DNA of 63,593 nucleotides, filler included, from Octopus bimaculoides (lineage: Eukaryota), in assembly GCF_001194135.2 (NCBI RefSeq). It is 5 parts of 5 records of this genome, joined end to end, with 100 filler letters (N's around TTAATTAATTAA, not from the genome) between each part and the next. Parts side by side here need not be neighbours in the genome. Positions count along the whole stretch, not along the records: positions 46,761 to 55,426 come from NC_069010.1; positions 55,527 to 58,572 come from NC_068983.1; positions 58,673 to 63,593 come from NC_068994.1; 2 more parts are not named here. One strand, given 5' to 3'. Shown here one piece after another: positions 54,131 through 63,593 of the stretch. The stretch's first letter is position 1. Each line of letters begins with the position of its first letter. The notes under the pieces were generated by a model, which made no database searches, was not told the origin of the DNA, and was given only the letters and a program-made list of their open reading frames with translations. Position numbers and translations under genes: made by a program.

Positions 54131-54779
54131 ATCGTTGATTAATGCCAGTTTCCTAATAATATTTTACTGCAGAACTCTCATCTGTTTTTCAAGGGTCATG
54201 AAGCCCTTTACCTATATTTCATAGTCAGCCCTTGCCCTCATCATTTTAAAATAACCCCTTTTCAATAAACCCTGCAACCCACACCAATATTTTACAAAAC
54301 TTCAATAATTTCCTTAATTTTTTTTTTTTTAAGACATTAAATGAAATAACTGTTTTTTGAGAGAATTCATTCAATAATTTGTTATTTTGGAAATGGTAAA
54401 TCAAATTGTTATTTTTATAATGTGAATTTTTACTAAAGTGTATTAAAAGTCACTTTATCCATTTCAAAACTGGAAATTTTTCATGAAACTCAGGGTTTCA
54501 GGAAATCCTATTTTGAGAAATACGAGTCCAGTCTCTTCTCGCCTCATTACGTTGTTCCTTGGATATAGAAGCTTTGGAGACCAAACACGAAGCAGGGTAA
54601 ATTTACAAGTAAATGACCTCAGACTTTCGCAGTCCTTCAATACAGCCTCGACAACATGGTAATACAAAGAATAATAACAAAAACACACACGGATAATGAT
54701 AATAACATAAACACGGAAGGACGATCTCGGGATAGAGAGCCTTTCAGACGAGATGACAAAGTAACGAGATACTTGGCAC

Positions 54780-55040
54780 AACGAAAAGTCTTAGGGCCGC
54801 TTCCCCACTGGGGAAGACAATTGGCCTGCAAGAGTCCCGTGCCAGTAACATGTAAAAAGCAGTCGCGTCGGTGCCACGTAAAGAGTGCTGGTGTCAACAT
54901 ACACTGTATAGTGGTTGGTGTCAGGAAGAGCATCCAGCTGTAGAAAGCATGTCAAATCAGACTGGAACCGGGTGCAGCCCTCCAGCTGGCCAGCCCTGGT
55001 CAAACCGTCCAACCCATGCCAGCATGGGAAACAGACATTA
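54780..55040 (+). mobile_element. family D element, diverged
   Basis: CAGCTGTAGAAAGCATG..AAACCGTCCAACCCATGCCAGCATGG. Confidence 0.7.
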
Positions 55041-55156
55041 AAGAATTTATTTATTTATTTATTTATTTATTTATGTGTTTCAGCCAAGTGGCTGCGGTCA
55101 TGCTGGTGCACCACCGTGAAGAATGATGATAATAATGATAATGATGACATACATAT

Positions 55157-55337
55157 ATGACTGTCTATCTATCTAGCTGTCTGTCTGTCTGTCTGTCTGT
55201 CTATCTGTCTGTCTGTCTGTCTATCTGTCTGTCTATCTATCTATCTACCTACCTATCTCAGTCTGTCTATCTACCTATCTATTTATTTATTTCTCTATCT
55301 GTCTACCTATCTATCTCAGTCTATCTATCTATCTATC

Positions 55338-55384
<47 letters not shown>

Positions 55385-55388
55385 TTAT

Positions 55389-55426
<38 letters not shown>
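55157..55426. repeat. (CTGT)n/(CTAT)n tetranucleotide microsatellite
   Basis: Direct reading. Confidence 0.95.
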
Positions 55427-55526
55427 NNNNNNNNNNNNNNNNNNNNNNNNNNNNNNNNNNNNNNNNNNNNTTAATTAATTAANNNNNNNNNNNNNNNNNN
55501 NNNNNNNNNNNNNNNNNNNNNNNNNN
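55427..55526. other. artificial scaffold-join spacer
   Basis: 44 N + TTAATTAATTAA + 44 N. Confidence 0.9.
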
Positions 55527-56176
55527 TGTATGTATATACATACATACATACATACATATAAAAGGTGTATATATGTTTGTATGAATAAGTGTATTTATTT
55601 GTATATTTCTAGTAGTGTGTGTGTGTGCGCGCGCGTAATCTTAAAGTAAATGGATAAAAGTGAAAAAAAACTTCTTTCAGAGCGAAAATGTACTTTCAGT
55701 ATTGATTTTCCATACAGATTTCTATCTTTAATTCTCTGGCGAGAATGAAATATGGATAAAAAGTATTCTTTTGACTTGCTGCCAACAACAGAAATTTTTT
55801 TTTAATGGCACCAGTCAAAAGGTATTGAAACAATTCTATGTTCTCTGGTGCTGTAATATAACACTTCGTACACATAATAGCATTTTTGCTTTATAATTTC
55901 CTTCCAATTTCATGTAAAATTTACATAATTTGCTTAATTTTGTCAGGAGACACATATTGACTCAAAATTGTCTCGTTTAATGTATGTGTGTGCAAGTGTG
56001 TACACGTGTATCTATGTGTATGTGTTTGTCATATATACAGTAAATAAGATAGTTACGTGTGATTCATATAGATCAGATTCTGCACAACACTAACCTAAGG
56101 ACACATTGAGCACTATTGTTTTTATACCACAAAATGAACAAAAGTAATTCAAATATGGAGCCTCACATATAAACGC

Positions 56177-56211
<35 letters not shown>

Positions 56212-56213
56212 TA

Positions 56214-56254
<41 letters not shown>

Positions 56255-57049
56255 NNNNNNNNNNNNNNNNNNNNNNNNNNNNNNNNNNNNNNNNNNNNNN
56301 NNNNNNNNNNNNNNNNNNNNNNNNNNNNNNNNNNNNNNNNNNNNNNNNNNNNNNNNNNNNNNNNNNNNNNNNNNNNNNNNNNNNNNNNNNNNNNNNNNNN
56401 NNNNNNNNNNNNNNNNNNNNNNNNNNNNNNNNNNNNNNNNNNNNNNNNNNNNNNNNNNNNNNNNNNNNNNNNNNNNNNNNNNNNNNNNNNNNNNNNNNNN
56501 NNNNNNNNNNNNNNNNNNNNNNNNNNNNNNNNNNNNNNNNNNNNNNNNNNNNNNNNNNNNNNNNNNNNNNNNNNNNNNNNNNNNNNNNNNNNNNNNNNNN
56601 NNNNNNNNNNNNNNNNNNNNNNNNNNNNNNNNNNNNNNNNNNNNNNNNNNNNNNNNNNNNNNNNNNNNNNNNNNNNNNNNNNNNNNNNNNNNNNNNNNNN
56701 NNNNNNNNNNNNNNNNNNNNNNNNNNNNNNNNNNNNNNNNNNNNNNNNNNNNNNNNNNNNNNNNNNNNNNNNNNNNNNNNNNNNNNNNNNNNNNNNNNNN
56801 NNNNNNNNNNNNNNNNNNNNNNNNNNNNNNNNNNNNNNNNNNATATATATATATATATATGCATATATGTATATTTGTGAATGTACATATCTATTTTTAT
56901 ACATACATACATATATATATATATATACATATATGCATATACATAAATATTGTATACATATGGATATGTACACACCCATACATACATACATACATACATA
57001 CATACATACATACATACATACATACATGCGCACTACGTACGCACATGCA

Positions 57050-57700
57050 TACAATGAATTCTAAGGCGTTTATATCTATGAAATTTTACGAAATAATACT
57101 GGTGGTTAATATTACTGCTGAATACTTGCGAGTTGATTGCTGCAAGAAAAAAGGTCGGACAAAAAATTCCTAAACGATAAAGTGTCTTATAGGGGAGGAG
57201 ACAGGTAATAGAGGTTAATGTGGGTGTTTGAAGACGGATTCAATACAGGATGTGATATGAGAAGAGGCGAGTGACTCGTATGTGTATAAATGGATGTTGC
57301 AGGATCAACTAGCTCCGAGAAGTCGCTGCTATAGAAGTAACAGTACAAAAACGCTAAGTTTGTAGGCTTATGTGTGTTGGTAGAAACGAAGAACGTCATA
57401 CAAACCAGTAACGTAGCCATTTGTAATGAGAAGTGTTATATCGAAATGTTTTGTTGAAAAAACCAGTCTAAAAAAATATTTTAATCGTATTCACCAGGTA
57501 TATAGAAGTATTTGAACACATTACTGCAGAATAAGAAGACATTAAGAACGCAATGCCTCTTCCTCTTAAATCAACAATAATTACTAATGGCGCATAATTA
57601 TAATCAGGTACAGTAGTAATGTATTTTAACCACATCATGGAGTACATCTCCGATAACGACGTAAACAAAATGTCCGCCAATCGACGCCTTAGCTGCGATT
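57050..57700 (-). pseudogene. possible decayed rhodopsin-class GPCR (TM2-TM5-like fragments)
   Basis: LADILFTSL; YSAVMCSNTSIYLV; ATLLVCMTFFVS; YKTLYRLGIFCPTFFLAAINSQV in collinear order across stops and frameshifts; AT-rich DNA can mimic this. Confidence 0.25.
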
Positions 57701-58239
57701 CTCAGTTTCAATCTAGATACTGTAAGTTCTAAAATTAAAACATGTCTATAGTGACTGCCTATTTGTATTTTAATCCACAAAATCATCTCTGTCTTCGCAG
57801 CTTCAAACATTTTTTTTTCATTCATTTTATTTTATATTATGCTTTTAAAGATCAAATAAAATAAACATTTAAAGAAAGTTAGCATTTCTGTGATTCTAGC
57901 AGATAACAACCAAAACGTATAGAATTTGGTCTGCAATGAAAAGAATGTTGAGAAATATAATGGAACAGAATCTTTTCTTCTATTTAAATTGCAATAAAGT
58001 TTAGTACCTTGTAAGGAATGTAGAGCAAAATATTTATCTTGGCACAACTAATGTATGGTACGGAATTGGAGAAGAATGAAATAGTTCACACATTTTTTTT
58101 TCAGTTTAATACAGCATTTGTCAGCTACAGTTACTTAACTAATAATTCTGTCTATCTGCCTATAACCCTCTCTCTTTCTCTCTCTCTCTGTATATATGTT
58201 TGTATATGTAAGTATAAAGATATATATATATATATATAT

Positions 58240-58572
58240 ACATTATTTACATTATTTACATTTGACGGATATTTCTCCTCATCTTGTTTGTTGTTAACAC
58301 AACGTTTCGGCTGATATACCCTCCAGCCTTCGTCAGGTGTCTTGGGGAAATTTCGAACCTGGGTTCTCATTCCTAACGATGTTACTATTATTATTATATT
58401 ATTATTATTACTATTATTAATCAGGTCGCTGTCGTGAATCGAACTCGGAACCTTGGGGTTAGTAGCCCGCGCTCTTAACCACTACGCCATATGCCCGTGG
58501 GCAATTATGGGGTGAATTTTAAGGCTTATAAATCTATTATTTTTCTATCCTTCCTCAATACCGGTTCCCATA
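58240..58572 (-). mobile_element. non-autonomous retroelement: tRNA-like head + (AAT)n + hammerhead + (AATGTAAAT)n tail
   Basis: A-box TGGCGTAGTGG (58479-58489), B-box GAGTTCGATTC (58436-58446), hammerhead at 58296-58341. Confidence 0.7.
58296..58341 (-). ncRNA. minimal type I hammerhead ribozyme
   Basis: GACAC-CTGACGA-A-GGCTG(gagggtatat)CAGCC-GAAA-CG-TT-GTGTT: stem I GACAC/GTGTT, 5-bp stem II, palindromic ACGU stem III. Confidence 0.75.
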
Positions 58573-58672
58573 NNNNNNNNNNNNNNNNNNNNNNNNNNNN
58601 NNNNNNNNNNNNNNNNTTAATTAATTAANNNNNNNNNNNNNNNNNNNNNNNNNNNNNNNNNNNNNNNNNNNN
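58573..58672. other. artificial scaffold-join spacer
   Basis: 44 N + TTAATTAATTAA + 44 N. Confidence 0.9.
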
Positions 58673-58756
58673 ACTCGTTTCAACACACCAGATGCCACTA
58701 CAGAACAGACACACATAAAGAGTCGCGGTTATCGCTGCCATCTTTACCATCTTCAT
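58673..58756 (-). CDS. candidate signal-peptide exon (MKMVKMAAITATLYVCLFCSGIWCVETS...), truncated by the scaffold join
   Basis: Basic n-region, hydrophobic h-region and small-residue c-region; AATAG acceptor 7 nt upstream of the ATG; same strand as, and upstream of, the Kunitz exons. Confidence 0.5.
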
Positions 58757-59039
58757 AACTTTTCTATTTAATTATAAATGAATTGTTTCTGAAGAAATCT
58801 TAGATAACAAAAGCAAGAACTTCGATCTTGTTTGGGGCAATATTTGGCTGAGAAATTTATGTATGCATACGTGTATGCATATATGTATGTAAATATATAT
58901 GCATGTATATATATACGTATATATATACATACATACATATACATATATAAATATGTATGTGTGTGTGTGTATGTATGAATGTATTGTAAAAGAAACCACG
59001 GTAGATCTCGTTGCCAATATGAACTGAAGCACAGAAAGT

Positions 59040-59215
59040 ATGTCTCTTGAAGAATATTTCTTCCGATATATTTATAGCGATTGCTATGCTTTTAGTTCCC
59101 TGTGACATATTGGTCATCCGGGCAGGAATTAGGACAGCAGGTACTTTGACCAAATGCATTGGTGCAGGCAATTATGAATGAGGAATAGTGTCAAGTGGCT
59201 TTTTGTAATCAAGTG
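59040..59215 (-). mobile_element. LINE RT fragment (R4/Dong-like)
   Basis: DYKKPLDTIPHS*L matches the RT DYKKAFDSVPHSWL motif. Confidence 0.5.
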
Positions 59216-59399
59216 AATTGCCTCGAGGTCTCTGCAATGTTTTTTTTTTCAATTTTTAATACTTTTTTATTTTATACCCAACAGTTCAGCCATTTTGGTT
59301 TTTGAATATGTCCTCAGACTTCCCACGCTCTTCCGTCTACCTGCTCCGTGTCACTCCCTGTCTTGTTAGACACGCAGTATTTTTAGAGCAATCGGTGCA

Positions 59400-59860
59400 G
59401 GCTGGTTTCACAGCGTGTAAATACAGAGTTTAAACAAATGATTAGATCTATATTTTTCAATTACTGTAAATTCATCGCTTTTAACAGCAGAGGAAATATA
59501 TCATTAAAAATAAAGATTTTTAGTCTTTCATGTACGTATATACACCACTGAACGACGTACTGCTGTAGACCTTGTTTGAGAGAAAATCTTTCCATTGATA
59601 TGCAGTGTTAAAAGCGTAATATATATTGTAGTGAGATAAACGTCCTACCAGCAGTGACCTACAAGAACATTAAACGCGTTTTGGCCTGCTTGGACCTTGT
59701 CAATGATGTACACTTGACAATCACTTCTTTGTAAAAAATTCGTAGTTTTCGATATATAGTAAACAGTGAATAATATATTCACTGATACAGCGGAAGAGTA
59801 CCGAGCTGAATAAAAATACAGTTTACAGCATTGAAACGATATGAGATTAAAACAAAAAGA
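59400..59860 (-). pseudogene. possible decayed GPCR (TM5-TM7-like fragments)
   Basis: LYFY...AVSVNILFT(fs)IYRKLR...SKQAKTRLMFL*VT...NLYF..YISSAV...KYR..L.KLC. Confidence 0.25.
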
Positions 59861-60619
59861 CAAAAAAAAACTATCAATGCTTTATACTAAATGGAAAACT
59901 GCTGACAGGCCTGATGCTGTGGTCGCTGTCTGAGAGAAATACCCCTTCAGAGACATGTTGTGTTGCAAAGATAATAAAAATCAAAGTGAAATGAATGCGC
60001 TGTTTTTCTCAGTCCCTTATATATCATGTTTCGTACACAGCATGTCATCGAAGAGATTTTTCTCTATGTCAGAAAAACGAAAAATAAAAATTAAGTACAG
60101 CAAGCGGCTTATATACATTGAGTATGATTCATATATGACTATTTTAGTTTAAATCTTTCAGTTGAGTACACTGAATAAAGTTTTTAATTTCTATTCGTAA
60201 AATAAAATAGTAAATACGTAGATTGCTATGAACACCTAAGCAAATCAAAGTTAACTTTTGAAATAGAATCAGAAAACAAACTTCAGTAATGATAACATTA
60301 AATCAAATCTGGAGAGGAAAAAAATTACTCTTAGAAATCGCACACGTTATGAGCATGCCTCTTAAATAATTCAGTGTTTTCTGCGACTGTATCATCTTTG
60401 TATTTCTTTCTGTGATGTGGGTGATGAGGGATTTCGGCACTGGAGATAGACTGTTTGATTATTAATACTTCGTTTCTCCGTTGGTTATTTTTCAAAAAAG
60501 TCTTTTGTAAAGTAAAGAAGAAAAAATGATATATAAATGTAATTTTTTTTTCATTGTACGATATTTGAATTTCTATTTCATTGGTAATAAAATGCAGCAG
60601 ACTTTACTCAATGAGTAAA

Positions 60620-60653
<34 letters not shown>

Positions 60654-60741
60654 TATACATATATATATATATATATATACAAACGATATAGCTAACAATT
60701 AATACAAATATATAATTATATAGGTATAATTATAATGTTGT

Positions 60742-60810
60742 TGTTGGCACTCCGTCGCTTACGACGTCGAGGGTTCCAGTTGATCCGATCAACGGAACAG
60801 CCTGCTCGTG
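60742..60810 (-). mobile_element. SINE family B 3' tail fragment
   Basis: Reverse of CACGAGCAGGCTGTTCCGTTGATCGGATCAACTGGAACCCTCGACGTCGTAAGCGACGGAGTGCCAACAAC. Confidence 0.85.
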
Positions 60811-60942
60811 AAGAAGAGTTAGCCCAGTACAGAGCGGTAATAAGAAAGAGATGCCAAAGATATAAACGATTATGTTACGAACTTCATTACCTTACAGCTG
60901 TTTCTCGACTATGAGTCCACCGCATCTTACAGCAGAAACAGC

Positions 60943-60974
<32 letters not shown>

Positions 60975-61471
60975 TGTATGTATGTATGTATGTGTGTGTG
61001 TATGTATGCATGTATGTATGTATGTATGTATGTATACGTATATATTGTGTGGGAGATATATAGTCGATGAGACGCATAGATAAACAATAAAAGCCTGTTG
61101 CATATGTGTATATATACTGTATGTATAAAATTTATCTACGCATTTCTAATAATTAAAGTATGCTTACTTTTATCTTGTAAATATAATTTTTGCTGACGCA
61201 GACATCCTTCAGCTTTCTTGCAATCTATGTACTTTCTTTCTGTTTTGTTTTATCTATCCACACACACACATACATACACTCACACACACACACATATATA
61301 TACACTCACGCATACACTCCAAAGACACAAACGCTTAGGTACGTTTGTACATATATGTATACTAATGTGCAGAAATATACAAACACACACACAAACAGAA
61401 ACTCTACGGAAAGATTAATACATTAAGAATAAGGTCGTCTACTTGGTGCGAACATTTTATGATATTACACA

Positions 61472-61519
<48 letters not shown>

Positions 61520-61690
61520 TACACGCACACATACAAATACACACACACGCGCGCAGATATATATATTTATATCTATATAACTACACGTATTTACATATAT
61601 ATTTGTGTGTATATATGTATTATATACATATAAGCATATATGTATCTAACTATATTTATATAGTATATATGTGTGTGTTTGTGTGTGTAT

Positions 61691-61740
<50 letters not shown>

Positions 61741-62533
61741 NNNNNNNNNNNNNNNNNNNNNNNNNNNNNNNNNNNNNNNNNNNNNNNNNNNNNNNNNNNN
61801 NNNNNNNNNNNNNNNNNNNNNNNNNNNNNNNNNNNNNNNNNNNNNNNNNNNNNNNNNNNNNNNNNNNNNNNNNNNNNNNNNNNNNNNNNNNNNNNNNNNN
61901 NNNNNNNNNNNNNNNNNNNNNNNNNNNNNNNNNNNNNNNNNNNNNNNNNNNNNNNNNNNNNNNNNNNNNNNNNNNNNNNNNNNNNNNNNNNNNNNNNNNN
62001 NNNNNNNNNNNNNNNNNNNNNNNNNNNNNNNNNNNNNNNNNNNNNNNNNNNNNNNNNNNNNNNNNNNNNNNNNNNNNNNNNNNNNNNNNNNNNNNNNNNN
62101 NNNNNNNNNNNNNNNNNNNNNNNNNNNNNNNNNNNNNNNNNNNNNNNNNNNNNNNNNNNNNNNNNNNNNNNNNNNNNNNNNNNNNNNNNNNNNNNNNNNN
62201 NNNNNNNNNNNNNNNNNNNNNNNNNNNNNNNNNNNNNNNNNNNNNNNNNNNNNNNNNNNNNNNNNNNNNNNNNNNNNNNNNNNNNNNNNNNNNNNNNNNN
62301 NNNNNNNNNNNNNNNNNNNNNNNNNNNNNNNNNNNNNNNNNNNNNNNNNNNNNNNNNNNNNNNNNNNNNNNNNNNNNNNNNNNNNNNNNNNNNNNNNATA
62401 GATGTGTGTGTGTATTATCTGGTGCTTTTTCTATTTTGATATCTTTTGCCCAACCGCTAAGTTACGTAGTAACACCGGTTATCAAGTGGTAGTGGAAGGC
62501 AAATGCAACCACAAAGTCATACACACACACACA

Positions 62534-63030
62534 CACATGTTTGGTTCTGTGCTCATGTAAGAAATTATTTACTTATGGCCCTTCACTGCCTCCGTTCAAA
62601 TCCCACGGAAGTCATATTCACCTTTTATTCTTCCGGGGTCGATAAAATAAAGTACCAGGGACGTACTTGATTCGGAATACTCGACCGTTTAGTTCCTTCA
62701 CATATTTGGTCCTGTGCTTATGTAAGAAATTATTTACTCGCTGCTCTTCATGGTGAAGGTTCAAATCCACTTCAGCTGTCATTCTTCTGGGACTCGATAA
62801 AAATAAAGTACCATGGTGGTACTGGATTCGGGATACTCAACCGTTTAGTTCCCTCTTGTGCTTAATATAAGAAACTACTTAATTACAGCTGTGATTCAAA
62901 TCTTTTATTCATCTGTTATTTTTCTAAGGTCGATAGAATAAAGTATTAATGAAGTATTTGATTCGGTATACTCGGCTGCGTTTTTACTTTCAAGTAATTT
63001 GGTCATGTACTTTACGTAAGAGATAATTAC
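62534..63030 (+). repeat. diverged tandem array (about 145-165 bp units) derived from SINE family E
   Basis: TTTGGT..TGTGCT.ATGTAAGAAATT and GATAAAATAAAGTAC..GATTCGG.ATACTC recur three to four times. Confidence 0.7.
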
Positions 63031-63593
63031 ACTTTTAAGGTTCTTTACCGATTGAATTCGAATCCTGGCGAAGTTAGCTTTGCTTTTCCACATCCTGGGA
63101 CCGATAACATATTTAGAACAGTCACAGTACCGGGGAAAGGAGAGTTAATGCTTTTATAAGTCATCCTAGATGTAAATAGAGTTACAGCAGAAGACACTAA
63201 ACGAACAGATCAGATATGAAAAGTATGGAAGCTGATAAGAAAAGATGCGATACAATTTGCCTGATGTTGTTGTTATTGTTGTTGCTGTTATCGTTGCCAC
63301 TTATTGTTGCTATTGATGTTGTTATTCCTCTTGTTGGTGTTGTTGTTGTTGTTGATGATGATGATGATGATTATTTCTTTTGTTTCCTGACAGAAAAGCT
63401 ACGCAACATTAATTTCGTGTCTATGGTAAAAGGGAGAGATGGAGGGGGGAAAAATAATAATATAAAAGCAAGCAAAGTTGGTGTTGAACAGAGAAAGGTC
63501 GGTGTGGTAGTGGTAGTGGTAGTGGTGATAGTGGTGGCGGTGATGGTGATGGTGGTGGTGGTGGTGATGACGTGATGATAGCGATGGTGGCGT

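Noticed and set aside
54464-54781. 105-aa ORF with one hydrophobic segment (possible GPCR TM5 or Kunitz-gene exon)
   Set aside because: No further family motifs or convincing splice sites.
58425-58496. Genuine tRNA gene
   Set aside because: Has A and B boxes but no complete acceptor stem or poly-T terminator; it is embedded in a repeat element.

Overview
AT-rich, microsatellite-dense animal genomic DNA. The SINE/RTE/Penelope-like repeat repertoire resembles a coleoid cephalopod such as Octopus (inference, not database-checked). Four identical 100-nt spacers (44 N + TTAATTAATTAA + 44 N) show that five assembly pieces were joined here. Two spliced genes lie on the minus strand, both incomplete. 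(1) Five exons of a GALNT10-like polypeptide GalNAc-transferase (41126 to 23767), covering the C-terminal catalytic region and the first lectin subdomain; the 5' and final 3' exons are not visible. (2) A probably secreted multi-Kunitz protein: three phase 1-1 exons, each a six-Cys Kunitz domain plus a Thr/Ser/Pro linker, and a candidate signal-peptide exon cut by a scaffold join. The rest is mostly mobile DNA: several tRNA-derived SINE families, RTE and R4/Dong-like LINE fragments, a Merlin transposase interrupted by a Charlie-type hAT, a piggyBac-like MITE, a Tc1 remnant and a Helitron end. The most striking observation is a dispersed repeat family carrying all hammerhead-ribozyme core nucleotides with stems I-III in register, but with the strands in an order that is not a circular permutation (a candidate pseudoknotted hammerhead). 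There is also a tRNA-headed element carrying a conventional minimal type I hammerhead. All calls come from manual reading; no searches were run.
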